NCBI GenBank assembly: GCA_030390025.1
Contig: JASTWF010000093.1
Location: 372,001-436,000 of the forward strand
Direction: 5' to 3'
DNA: 64,000 bases
Source of the DNA: Squalus acanthias
Lineage: Eukaryota
The position numbers were made by a program, and so were the translations under genes. Under the pieces are notes generated by a model. The model made no database searches, was not told where the DNA came from, and worked only from the letters and a program-made list of their open reading frames with translations. This document shows positions 12,810 to 25,362 of this stretch, one piece after another (the stretch's first letter is position 1; every line of letters starts with the position of its first letter).

Positions 12810-13640
12810 TCATAACCTCCAGTTGTCTTGCGATACAATGCTGAATCACGACATCTTGATCTCCATGCCATTTGAAGTAAAGGAAATCTTCTTTCAGTTC
12901 TTCAGAAACTTCTGTTCCAGTCTCTGGTTCCACAAGTATAAACCGCTGCACCTTTTTAACTTTCATGGGCCTACACTTCTTGACTTATCAATGTTCTTGG
13001 CCTCACTATCTCCCAAGACCACAAATGGAGCTGCTGCATTGCTCGGCTGCTCAAAAGCTGTTTCCTCGTTTGTGCCAAACACTTCTCACCAAATACCTTT
13101 AACTCTCTATAGCTCGAGTCCTTTTGTGACTTGGATTCTGCTCCCATATTTGGGAAGACTCTCCTTAATGTCTCCCTCGCTCCTTGGAGAGGATATAAGA
13201 AGTTCTCTCTATGCTGTATTGTACCCTCCACGCTATGTAAACTTCAGCTCATCCAAATCTCTGCTGCCCTTCTCCTATCCTGCACTACAATCTGCTAACC
13301 CTCCCCCTGTGCTCGCTGGCCTACATTAGCACCTGGTTACCAACACCTCAAATTTAAAATTCTTATCCTTGTGGTTAAGTCCCTTCATGGCCTCGTCCCT
13401 CCTAATCTCTCTGTACCCTTCTCTAGCCCTACAACCCTCTGAGACCTCTGCATTGCTTCAACTCTGGCATCTTGTGAATTCCCTACTGCCATCGCCCTGC
13501 CACTGGCAGCCATCTATAGTTTGCGCTCCAGAATTCCCTCCCTAAACCTCTCTCTCTCTTCCCTCCTCCCTTTTTTAAAACCTTCCTTAAAATCAACCTC
13601 TTTGACCAAGCTTTTAGTCACCCCTTCTAATATCTCTCTT
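12810..13640 (+). mobile_element. Degenerate L2-type LINE 3' fragment
   Basis: Similar to 4970-5260 and 5735-5790 (tttaaaattcttatccttg..catggcctcg..ctctttgaccaagctttt). Confidence 0.65.
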
Positions 13641-13641
13641 T

Positions 13642-14240
13642 AGGTGTCAGCCTTGCATCAGGTGGGAGAAGGTTGTGGGTTCAAGCCCAACGCCAGAGAC
13701 TTGAGCACAAAAATCTAGGCTGACACTCCAGCACCGTACTGAGGGAGTGCTGCACTGTCGGAGGTGCCGCCTTTCAAATGAGACGTTAAACCGAGGCACC
13801 GTCTGCTCTCTCAGGTGGACATAAAAGATCCCATGGCACTATTAGTTGTCTGCAATTGTAAGGTACACATGCATTGTTCTCTATCTATATATGCTTTGTT
13901 GAGTCTGTATTTCTTTACTACTTCACCTGAGGAAGGGGCGATCGATAGCTCCGAAAGCTTGTGATTTCAAATAAAACTGTTGAACTATAACCTGGTGTTG
14001 TGCGACCTCTCAACTATTATGAAGAGCAGGGGAGTTCTCCCCGGTGTCCTGACTATTATTATCCTTCAACCAACATCACTTTAAAATAAACACATTATCT
14101 GGTCATTATCTAATTACTGTTTGTGGGAGCTTGCTGTGCACAAATTGGCTGCTGCATTTCCTGCATGACCAAAGTGATCACTTAAAGTACTTCATTGGCT
14201 GTAAAGCGCTTTGGGGTTGTGAAAGGCGCTGTATAAATAC
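13642..14240 (+). mobile_element. tRNA/Deu SINE interrupted by a Penelope 3' end (about 13845-14010)
   Basis: SINE core split at ggcactatta; actatta duplicated around an insert containing ctgaggaaggggc..gctccgaaagc. Confidence 0.8.
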
Positions 14241-14396
14241 GTGTTTTTTTGGGCAGATTACGCTACTGTGAAGCACCTTGGGATGTTTTTCTACATTAAA
14301 TGCGCTGTATCAATGCACTTTGTTTCTGGTTTAGGCTACTACTGTGTTATCCAACGTTTAAAAATACTTTCACCATACAATTACATTCTTAAATGC

Positions 14397-14792
14397 AAAG
14401 TCGCACAACACCAGGTTATAGTCCAACAGTTTTATTTAAAATTACGAGCTTTCGGAGCTCCGCTCCTTCTTCAGGTAAAGGTACAGTGAGGGAATGGATT
14501 ACACAGTATATATAGACAGAGAACAATGTGTCTGCAGAGATACAATCTGTTAGGGAGGCATTACATCAAAGACACAGCAGAGTACAGCTAAGACAATGAG
14601 GTGGGTCACAGGGGGTCCAACGTGTCAAATGCTGCCGTCTGCAGTTAAGCTTTTAACTTTTTTTTGTGTTTTTTTTTAAAAACGGGAAGACAGACAACGA
14701 TGTCGAGTCACGTTCTGTAGCGTGACATGAACCCGAGATCCCTATTGAGGCCGTCCTCATGGGTGCGGAACTTGGCTATCAGTTTCTTTAAG
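14397..14792 (-). mobile_element. Truncated Penelope-like insertion with a 13-bp TSD
   Basis: cattcttaaatgc at 14384 and 14793; hammerhead-like ctgaagaaggagcggagctccgaaagc on the minus strand. Confidence 0.8.
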
Positions 14793-15819
14793 CATTCTTA
14801 AATGCGGTCGTGCTTTTATGGTGGTTATATTTTAAACTATTAGCATAGAAGACCAAACCAGCACTGAAACCACTGCCGTAATGATCAATAGTTTTCTTTC
14901 TTTTTTTCACCAGAAATGTAAACTGATCACATTCTCACAAGAAATCTCTGGATGCTTGCAGTCACTGTCCTTGCTATTGAATTTATAATTTTAATTCTAG
15001 TCATAGCCGTGTGCAAGAAACGTGTTTCACTGGCAAATGGAGAGAAACAAAATGAACACGGCATTACGTGATGGATCATTCAAGAAAATACATGTGATTG
15101 GACGCTGCCCCTTCAGCCATGAAAACCGATATTTATTGCCGCAACATCGTGGGTTACTGCTTATGGCAGCCTTGAGCCAATGTGGACACGTCTTCTTAAC
15201 CCTCACTACTAAATATCAACACTCAGAATAACAAGTGCCATCTGAATGGTCCCTTTTCACATTTGTAACTTCCAAACTCTCTCTATTTAATACAATCGTG
15301 TTTTTTGTTTATCTTCTGGACCAGGAGTGGTCATCTTCTGCTGGATCAGGACAGCTTAATGCAATAAAGCTTTGTATTTAATTCTATTTTCTTCTTTTGT
15401 CATTGTCTCCAAGAATTGCTTTAGTTATTTTAGCACCCTGTCCTCCTTTAGTTTAACACTTGCGCGGTGAATTTCTTCGGGCCTTCTCCCGCTCCACCGC
15501 CATCACTTTGGAAACCCTGTTTTCCTACGTAAACTGACTGCTGCTGAAGTTAAGGCGGCACTGTGTGTGGGGGGCTGAAAAACCCCAAAGAATTTCCTGG
15601 CAGTTCTGTGAGCTGAGACACTGACTGAGGGTGTTTTGAGGATCAGTGTTCCACACACAGTAAACACTGGGAGCCAGAAACCGCATCCGAGGCTGATTCT
15701 TCCCCGTCAGTCTGGGGCACTAAGGGAATTGTAGCACGTTACTCCAATTAGGAATTAAACCTGGGGCCTTCTTAGTATGGCTGTTATATACTGGTTATGT
15801 CAGCTGTACCATCAGATGA

Positions 15820-18335
15820 CATAGAAACATAGATAGGAGCAGGAGTAGGCCATTCGGCCACTCGAGCCTGTTCCGCCATTTAATGAGATCATGGCTGATC
15901 ATCCAAATTCAGTACCCTGTCCCTGCTTTCTCCCCATATCCCTTGATCCCTTTAGCCTTAAGAAATATATCTAACTCCTTCTTGAATATATTTAATGAAT
16001 TGGCCTCAACTGCCTTGTGTGGTAGAGAATTCCACAGGTTCACCACTCTCTGGGTGAAGAAATTCCTCCTCATCTCAGTCCTAAATGGCTTACCCCTTAT
16101 CTTTAGACAGTGACCCCTGGTTCTGGACTCCCCCGCCATCGGGAACATCCTCCCTGTCTCTAGTCTGTATAGTCCTGTTAGAATTTTATAAGTTTCAATG
16201 AGATCCCCTCTCATTCTTCTAAACTCCAGCGAATATAAGCCTAATCGACCCAATCTCTCCTCATACCTCATTCCTGCCATCCCAGGTATCAGCCTAGTGA
16301 ATCTTTGCTGCACTCTCTCCATGGCAAGAACATCCTTCCTCAGATAAGGTGACCAAAACTGCACACAATACTCAAGGTGTGGTCTCACCAAGGCCCTGTA
16401 CAACTGCAGCAAGACATCCTTGCTCCTGTACTCGAATCCTCTCGCTATGAAGGCCAACATACCATTTGCCTTCTTAACCTCCTGCTGCACCTGCATGCTT
16501 ACCTTCAGCGACTGGTGCACAAGGACACCCAGGTCTCGTTGCACTTCCCCTTTTCCCAATTTATTGCCGTTCAGATGATAATCTGTCTTCCTGTATTTTG
16601 CCACCGAAGTGGTTAACCTCGCATTTATCCACATTATACTGCATTTGCCAAGCATCTGCCCAATCACCCAACCTGTCCAAACCTCACAGCACACACACCC
16701 ACCCAGCTTTGTGTCGTCTGCAAACTTGGAGATATTAAATCTAGTTCCCTCGTCTAGATCATTTATATATATATTGTGAATAGCTGGGGTCCTAGCACCG
16801 ATCCCTGCGGTACCCCACTAGTCACTGCCTGCCACTCGGAAAAAGACCCGTTTATTCCAACTCTTTGCTTCCTGTCTGCCAACCAGTCCTCTATCCAAGA
16901 CAGTACCTTACCCTCAATCCCGTGTGCTTTAACTTTGCACGCTAATCTCTTATGCGGGACCTTATCGAAAGCCTTCTGAAAGTCCAAATACACCACATCC
17001 ACTGGTTCTCCCTTATCTATTCTACCAGTTACATCCTCAAAAAATTCCAGTAGATTAGTCAAGCATGATTTACCTTTTGTAAATCCATGTTGACTTTGTC
17101 CGATCCTGTCACTGTTTTCCAAGTGCTCTGCTATTACATCTTTTATAATGGACTCTAGCATTTTCCCCACTACCAATGTCAGACTTACCTGTGTATAATT
17201 CCCCGTTTTCTCTCTACCACCTTTTTTAAATAGTGGGGTTACATTAGCTATCCTCCAATCCATTGGAACTGTTCCAGAGTCTATCGAATTTTAGAAGATG
17301 ACCAGCAATGCATCTACTATTTCTAGGGCCACTTCCTTACGTACCCTAGGATGTAGATTATCAGGCCATGGGGATTTATCGGCCTTCAATCCCATTAATT
17401 TCCCTAACACCATTTCCCTACAAATACTGATTTCATTCAGTTCCTCCCTTTCATTAGACCCTATGTTCCCCGACATCTCTGGGAGGTTATTTGTGTCCTC
17501 CTTTGTGAAGACAGAACCAAAGTATGTATTTAATTGGTCTGCTATTTCTTTGTTCCCCATTATAAATTCCCCTGATTCTGACTGCAAGGGACATACACTT
17601 GACTTCACCAATCTTTTTCTCTTCACATATCTATAGAAGCTTTTACAGTCAGTTTTTATGTTCCCTGCAAGCTTACTCTCATAATCTATTTTCCTCCTCT
17701 TAATTAATCCCTTTGTCCTCCTTTGCTGAATCCTAAACTGCTCCCAATCCTCAGGTTTGCTGCTTTTTCTGGCCAATTTATATGTCCTCTCCTTGGATCT
17801 TATGCTATCCCTAATTTTCCTTGTTAGCCACGGTTGAGTCACCTTTTTTGTTTTATTTTTATGCCAAACAGGGATGAACAAATTCTGTAGCTCATCCATG
17901 CGATCTTTAAATGTTTGCCATTGCCTATCCACCGTCAACCCTTTAAGTAACGTTCCCCAATCCATCCTAGCCAACTTGTGCCTCATACCATCGTAGTTTC
18001 CTTTATTTAAATTCAGGACCCTAGTCTCTGAGTCAACTACTTCACTCTCTATCTTAATGAAGAATTCTATCATATTATGATCGCTCCTCCCCAAGGGGCC
18101 TCGCACAACAAGATTGCTAATTAATCCTTTCTCATTACATAATACCCAGTCTAAGATGGCCTGATCTCTAGTTGGTTCCTCGACATATTGGTCCAGGAAA
18201 CCATCCCGTATACACTCTAGGAATTCCTCCTCCACAGTATTGTTACTAATTTGGTTAGCCCAATCTATATGTAGATTAAAGTCACCCATGATAACTGCTG
18301 TGCCCTTATTGCACGCGTCTCCAATTTTCCGTTTG
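15820..18335 (-). mobile_element. CR1 LINE ORF2 (endonuclease C-half plus RT) and 3' UTR, disrupted
   Basis: MGDFN..LDWVL..SDHNMIEF; SGVPQGSVLGPQLF; LVRPHLEYCVQFWSP. Confidence 0.95.
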
Positions 18336-18635
18336 TAAAAGTGGGTGTGCTAGGAATGGCACTAGTGCAGAGTACGGTTTTAAAAAGATTGCATTGTAAC
18401 ACTACACAGAACTGACTTTAAGTTAAGAACCTTATAAGTTTAAGGGTGAAATGGCACTCTGATGCACCTATAAGATGCAAACCTGCCAGCACTACTTACC
18501 CTACCCAGACTAAAGTGGTTACTTCATACCGGTTCCCCAGAACCACTACTGGAACCAACAAAAAGTTCAACCTAAAGTCAAGCTTGTCTCATCCTCTTCA
18601 ATACAAGCCACACAAAGGGTGCACTTATTTGGAAA

Positions 18636-18832
18636 TTTGTGAATCTTTGGAATTCTCTACCCCAGAGGGCTGTGGATGCTCAGTCGTTGAGTATAGATTT
18701 CTGGACACTAAAGGAACCAAGGGATATGGGGATCGGGCGGGAATGTGGAGTTGATGTAGAAGATCGGCCGTGATATTGAATGGCTCGAAGGGCCGTGTGG
18801 CCGACTCCTGCTCCTATTTCTTATGTTCTTAA
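18636..18832 (+). mobile_element. CR1 3' tail
   Basis: tggaattctctaccccagaggg..ctcctgctcctatttcttatgttctta. Confidence 0.75.
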
Positions 18833-19814
18833 GCTGACAACTTGGGAGGAGACACGAGAACAATGTGGGTCAAAATAAATCACGAGACGAGCGCCTAATC
18901 TCACAAAAAGGATCCTCAGCAACTGAAGTTACAAACCAGGGAGAGCCGATGGGAGAAGTTTATGAAAGAACGGAAGGAGAGAAAAAACCATGTGATGGGA
19001 GCAAGGGGGGGACTGGTCATGGCGTGAAAGAAACCAATGCCCTGCACTGCCCACTCTACTACTTTCCTGTCATGGTTCCACTTTCTTGTGTGTTGTGGTT
19101 GAATATTCACATTTTTTTTTAAACTCTAGCTTTTCCCTCTGTTTTTGGCACTGTCCACTCCAAGCTTTGGTTCATGGAATTTCAACCTTGAAACTGAATA
19201 CATTTTGCAGTTAAATCTGTCTCCTGAAGCAGCACAGACTGAGGCCAACATACAATCATATCCTCACGCAGCGATGAATATAATTCTTCAAATCCTCTCG
19301 GTGGGAGGAGGCTCGCATGGAGCATAAAAGCCGGCATAGACCAGTTGGGCCGAATGGCCTGTTTCTGTGCTGTAGACTCGATGTAACTCGATGAATCCCA
19401 ATTTCTAACAATACATGGTGTAGAACTCACAGCAGCTAATCATGGAAAAGAAAAACACTGGGATCCCCACTGCCAACATTTTCGGTCACAGATCAGCCAT
19501 GATCTCATTGAATGGCGGAACAGGCTCGAGGGGCTGAATGGCCTCCTCCTGTTCCTATGTTCCAGACAGTAAAGAGGCAATCTGCTCACGGGTCCTGTCA
19601 GTGCTGTTTTGTAAATGACCAGCAGGTGGCGGTTGAGACCAGTCCAGGGTGACTTGCTCTCTTGCTTTCCATCTGTGCCTGGGGAGCTGTTAACTGTTCG
19701 TTCATGGCTTAAAAATTCTTCATGAAACAAAAACAGAAAAAAAGCAGGACTTACTCAGCAGGTCAGGCAACATCTGTGGAGAAACAGAAGTCAGTCAGTC
19801 GCAAATTTAAATTT

Positions 19815-21112
19815 GATACCAGAAATGCGAGGTTATACCTATCAGGAAAGGATGAACAGGCTGGGTCTCTTTTGAAAAGAGAAGGCTGAGAGGTGACCTA
19901 ATAGAGGTCTTTAAAATTATGAAAGGTTTTGATAGAATGGACACAGAGAGAGTGGGCTGGATTTTCAATGACCCGTGGAGTCGGGTTTGGAGGCGGGGGG
20001 CGGGGGGGGTGGTGGGGGGCGGTTAAAGTTGCAGATTCGGGGGTCCCGACCCCATCCCGACTCCAACCCGCCTCCATGCCAGTTTCTCTGGAGGCGGGTA
20101 CCCGACCTGTTCTGAGACCCGACTCCCCGAGGCGGGAAGGGATTAGTGACAATTAACTGCCTGTTAACAGGTAGTTAACAGGCAGTTTTTTGCCTAATCC
20201 CTATTTTAAAAAGAAAAGTGTGGGCTTCCCGACAGGTGGCAACCACTCCAAGTTATCGGGGCGGGCCGTGGGTCTGCAGGGGTTGGAGGGGTCGATATGT
20301 CCGGTGGGCAGGTGAGTGATGGGTGCATGTGTGCAGAGGTAAGTGTGTAAGGTAAGTGCTAAGTGTTGGAAAAAGTTTTACTTACCTTAACTTCCTCCTG
20401 CAGGTGTCAGCCCTTCAGTTCTCGGGAGTTAGAAATCTCACTGGCACAGAAAGCAGGAAAGCCGTGGTTCTGTCAAAACCTGCAGCCTTCTGTTTCCTGT
20501 GCTGGAATGATTTCTAACTCAGCCTGAAAGGAAGGACTGAAGTTAGAAATCACAGAGCTGTCAAACGCTGATATTTCATCTGTCAGAAGCTCTTGACAGA
20601 TGAAATGTCAGTCTGTGACGTCACCTGTTGCCGGGTGGCCCTTAATTGGCCTGCTGAGCCCACTGGGCGGACTCAACAAGGTCAATCAAGGGAAAATACA
20701 GTGGGTTGGCCACATCTCGATGGAGGCGGATTCACAAGCCAGAATGTGTGATTCCCGACCCCAACCCGACTCCAACTTCAAAATCCAGCCCAGTGTTTCC
20801 ACTTGTGGGGAAGAGCAAAGCTCAGGGCCATCAATATAAGATAGTCACCAAGCAATCCAATGGGGAATTCAGAAGAAACTTCTTTACCCAGAGAGTGGTG
20901 AGAATGTGGAACTTGCCACCACAAGGAGTGGTTGAAGCAAATAGTATAGATGCATTTAAGGGGAGGCTGGATAAGCATGAGGGAGAAGGGAATAGAGGGT
21001 TATGCTGATAGAGTTAGATGAGGAAAGACAGGAGGAGGCTCTAGTGGAGCATAAACGCCGGCAATGACTGGTTGGGCCGAATGGCCTGTTCCGTGCTGTA
21101 TATCCTATGTAA
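19815..21112 (+). mobile_element. CR1 3' fragment split by a MITE
   Basis: ..RLRGDLIEVFKIMKGFDR before the MITE and FPLVGKS..RRNFFTQRVVRMWN after it. Confidence 0.8.
19954..20791. mobile_element. Non-autonomous DNA transposon (MITE, PIF/Harbinger-like)
   Basis: TIR gggctggatttt / aaaatccagccc, subterminal ggagtcgggtt / aacccgactcc, 3-bp TSD AGT. Confidence 0.85.
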
Positions 21113-21223
21113 TCCAAATTTCCATCCTCCTTTACATTATTAGTGGTGCTGGATCTTCACACTCGCCATCCAGAGCTGCTTAAAACATTAGGAGGAATCA
21201 TCATTGTACTCCAATAAAAATAT

Positions 21224-21324
21224 TCTCTCACAGTAACTCTACCTGAAGAAGGGGCAGGATAGCTCCGAAAGCTTGTAATTTTAAATAAATCTGTTGGACT
21301 ATAACCTGGTGTTGTGCGACTTCT
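21224..21324 (+). mobile_element. 101-bp Penelope 3'-end insertion (hammerhead-like motif plus tail) with a 12-bp TSD
   Basis: caataaaaatat at 21212 and 21325; ctgaagaaggggc..gctccgaaagc..ggactataacctggtgttgtgcgacttct. Confidence 0.8.
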
Positions 21325-22969
21325 CAATAAAAATATCACAGTGTTAGAGCAAGGTTCAGTTTAAATATTCAAACAGGCCCCTCGAGCCTGTTCCGCCATT
21401 CAATGAGATCATGGCTGATTTGTGACCTAACTCCATATACCCGCCTTTGCCCCACATCCCTTAACACCCCTGGTTAACAGAAATCTATCAATCTCGGATT
21501 TAAAATGAACAATTTAGTACTGACTAGGATGATGCCAGGTCTATGCTGAGTTAGCTGATCTGAGCAAGGCCAATAGTGGGGCTCTACATTTGGCTCTGGC
21601 TGCAAGACGTCAGTCAGGTTTCCCATTCCTGATCACTGCCCGTCACCCGTGCTGGAAAGAGTGTGTGTGTGTGGATGTTAAATGAGGATCGTGATCCAGG
21701 TCAGGTGGATACCCTCAATGTCCAAACATCTCGCTGTCTAGGCTTAGACATGAAGAAAGGGTAAAAAGAGAAAGAGCTGCAAATGCTGGAAATCTGAAAC
21801 AAATTCACAAAAACACATGGCAGGTCCATCAACATCTGTAAAGGGTTTACACTCTGCCTCAGAACTGAAGATTGGACTCTGAGTGATGAACTAGACAGCT
21901 GTTGGCACCTGTGCACCATACAACACTTGAGTTACCACCTTCAGGAGAGGAGAAAATTGGAGGTAAAATACCAATAAAAGTGTCCCTTTTAGATTGTGGG
22001 CAGAAGAGAAGGCTGAAGTTCGTGAGGAGTTCGACAGGTTTGAGGCCTGGGGAAAGAATTAGTGTCGGAAAATAGTGAAACCAATCTTGATTTCAACACA
22101 ATGGAGATGCCGGGAGGAGGAAGAGTTTGCACGACAGTGAATTTGCAGTTAATAAGGAACAAGAGAGGTAAATTCGGGGAAGTACTGACCATAGCAGTAT
22201 TGATAAAATAGAAGCAAGAAAGACTACAGTAGAAAGAGAAGTTTGAAGCTATAGGTACGAGGGATTACCTATTAGACAACAAGCTTTTAACTTTTTCCTG
22301 TCTAGAACGTGAGGAGGGTGTCAGAAGGGAATGCGATTACAATTTTCTTCCATACAGCTTGGTTTTTGGTCTTAAATTCCTTATGTTAGGCCCAAATGCA
22401 ATTTTATCACTCTGAGGTAGTTCCAAAGTCCTTTTTCCTTAGGTTTTGGGGATCTGCAAATTTTGGAAACCTTACAGTTAGGATACCTCGACATGAGGAG
22501 AAAGCATTGAGTGAATGCCTTCAGAATTTCTAGGGTTACTGTGGGTCAACCTAGTTTAGGGAAAATGGAAAAGTACAACAATGAGCTCATGACGGCCATG
22601 TAAGAAAACAAGCAAAAGACGCCTCGGGATCAGTGAACTGGGACCGTCTGCTACAGATAAGGTTAGAACAAGGGAGGAAAAGACAGCAGTTGAAAGGGAA
22701 ATACAAAGATGGAACTAACAGAACTCAGTTCAGCTATCCTTGTTTGCTAATCTGTACAAATGTGTGATTTGTAACACAAGTTGATTCCCAGCGCTGCAAA
22801 CTACATGAGGGGTATCGTTTATATGTCCTCAATGGGCCACCTACTTGCGAGCATATAGACATATATCGCTTACTTGTAGTCTCAGTGCCCGGCAAATATC
22901 AATAAACATCTGTCATTGTGTCACTGACTCATGGGTCCTTGAATCTGTTAAATACGGTTCATACAACAC

Positions 22970-23965
22970 TCCCATTGTAACATCCAATTGTTTAAGCGAT
23001 TCTAGGATTTTTGCCTCCACTTAGTCTGGAAGTTTATTCCACATGTTGATCACTGTGTGAAGATGAGTTTCCTGATACCTGTCCTAAAACTACCTTTTAC
23101 TAGCCTGAACCTGTGTCCTCTAGATCTACTTCGGCAACTTAATTTAAAGTCACATTCTGGGTTAACTTTTTCTATACCCGTAGCAATCTCTATATGCCTC
23201 TGAGATCATCTTTCAGCTGCCTCTTTCTAGGTGGGAAAAAAACCCAGTCTTTCCCCTCAATTCAGAGCCCTGACACCTGAGAATCAGTCTTGTGGCTCTT
23301 CTCTGCACCGCCTTCAGCATTTGGCTGTCTCTTGCTTCTGGGTGACCAGAATGGGATGTAGTATTCAAGGTTTGGGTGAACAAAGACACTATAAATTTTG
23401 ATCGCTCATTCCTCTTCATTATATTCTACCATTTTTGGGCTGTATAATTCAACATTGGGTCAGCTTTGCTGCTAACCGCTCTGCCTTGGTTGGCCATATT
23501 TATCGTAGAGTCTAGCAAGACTCCATGTTCTCTTTCAGTTTCATTCTTAGCAATTTCAACACCATTCATGCAGTATACATGTTGTCTATTTTTCCTTCCT
23601 GTGTGTAGCATTTGTCTGCATTATATTTCATCTGCCATTGTTCTGCCCACTTGCATATGTTGTCCATCTCACCCTGTAATTTCTAAGCTGCCTCTTCCAA
23701 ATCCACTGCTTCTCCTAGTTTGGTATCACACATAAATCTGACCACTTTGCATCGAGTTTCTGAATCCAGGTCATTTATGTAAATTGGAAATAATAGTGCT
23801 CCCAGCACCAACCCTGAGGCACCTGACACAGTACTTCCCTCCAATCTGACCCAGCTCCTCTGATGAACACTTACTGTTTCCTATCCTTCAGCCAGTTACT
23901 TCTCCATTCCCAAAGTTTACCCTGAACCCCCTCAGCCTTGAGTTTAATGATCAAAAGCCTTTTGA
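22970..23965 (-). mobile_element. Old degenerate CR1 RT fragment
   Basis: LKAVQRRATRLI and GVLLDSTINM remnants. Confidence 0.65.
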
Positions 23966-23994
23966 GGTGTCGGCAGGGGTTAACACAGTTCAAT

Positions 23995-25110
23995 AGCAAA
24001 ATACTGTGGATGCTGGAAATCTGAAATAACAACAGAAAATGCTGGAAACACTCAGCAGGTCAGGCAGCATCGAGGAGAGAGAAACGGAGTTAACGTTTCG
24101 GGTCGAGGACCCTTCGTCAGAACTGGAAAAGGTTACAGACGTAACAGATTTTTAAGCAGGGGCAGGGAAAGGGAGGAGGGGAGGAAAGAACAAAGGGAGG
24201 GACTGTGATAGGCTGGAAGGCAGGAGAGATTAAATGACAAAAGGGATGATGGTGCAAGGCAAAAGGAGAAGGTAATGGGACAAGTTAAGGAACATAAGAT
24301 GACTCTAGATGGGGTGTAAATGGCAATGGTAGAATCATCAACAGCTACCATGTGAGAAAAATTGGAAAAAAATATATAGGGGCCGAGGTTATAGTCTGAA
24401 ATTGTTGAACTCGATATTAAATCCAGAAGGCTGTAAAGTGCTTAATCGAAAGATAAGGTGCTGTTCCTCGAGCTTACATTGAGCGAAGGGGAAGGGGTGT
24501 TGGGGGTGATAGAGGAGTGGACCAGGGTGTCGCGGAGGGAGCGGTCCCTTCAGAATGCTGAAAGCGGGGGGGAGGGGAAGATGTGTTTGGTGGTGGGATC
24601 ACGCTGGAGGTGGCGGAAATGACGTAGGATGATCCGTTGAATGTGGAGGCTGGTGGGGTGAAAGGTGAGGACAAGGGGAACCCTATCGTGGTTCTGGGAG
24701 GGAGGGGAAGGGGTGAGAGCAGAAGTGCGGGAAATGGAACTTACAAGGTCAAGGGCCATGTCAACCACGGTAGAGGTGAATCCTCGGTTGAGGAAAAAGG
24801 AAGACATATCGGAAGCACTAGTATGGAAGGTGGCATCGTCAGAACGATGACTGTATTGGTGCCGTTTCCTGCTCTCGCCCTGAACTGGAAAATTTCATTC
24901 ACTTGGCTTCCAATTTCCACCCTTCCCTCACCTTCACATGGTCCATCTACGGCTCTTCCCTTCCCTTCCTCAACTTCTCTGTCTCCGTTTCTGGGGATAG
25001 GCTATTGACCAAAATCCACTACAAACCCACTGAGTCTTCCCGCTTCCTGCAAGGATTCTATTCCATTCTCCCAGTTTCTCCATCTCCGCCGCATCTATTC
25101 TGACAATGCC
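23995..25110 (-). mobile_element. Penelope-like element (second family) with 5' inversion
   Basis: Minus: FLNRGF..RVPLVLTFHP..IFPSPPLSAF and hammerhead core ctgacgaagggtcctcgacccgaaac; plus 24850-25105: NFHPSLTFTW..LPFL..TKIHYKPT. Confidence 0.85.
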
Positions 25111-25277
25111 ACTCTATCTCAGCCCCCTTCCCTATGTCTGCCAGCAAGAGAATGTGCAGCAAAGGAAAGAGAAAGAGAGCGAGAAAGAGAGAGTGAGTGC
25201 AGGAGCGAGCAGCAAAAAGGCTGGTGATTGAAGGCAGTGTGAATGTGCAGAGCTGAGAGCAGCCTCTGCTGGCAAGA

Positions 25278-25362
25278 AAAGCCTACTGCACCTGGTATTC
25301 CCAGGCGGTCTCCCAAGTAGGTACTAACCCAGGCCCGCCTCTGCCTAGCATCTGAGATCGGG
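25278..25362 (-). pseudogene. 5S rRNA pseudogene fragment (3' two-thirds)
   Basis: aaagcctactgcacctggtattcccaggcggtctccca..gtactaacccaggccc..gagatc is the reverse complement of the vertebrate 5S 3' part with its T-run terminator. Confidence 0.85.

Larger units (their letters stand above)
9263..15071 (+). pseudogene. B7-family (CD276/B7-H3-like) gene; coding exons 9263-9317 (signal), 11561-11914 (IgV), 12500-12784 (IgC), 14914-15071 (TM and tail); two in-frame TAA
   Basis: All introns are GT-AG phase 1. MVRSLLAVLVAVQFSLAR; IgV FQVHTPEAPVTA..LSCSF..W..GRTSLFPEELKQGN..DAGQYLC; IgC G*PEATVSW..DGLYSLQSIL..RNDVLHQ. TAA at 12574 and 14919; AATAAA at 15363. Confidence 0.88.

Noticed and set aside
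22300-22968. Possible solo LTR (AATAAA at 22901, ends caaca)
   Set aside because: Could not fix a 5' boundary or TSD
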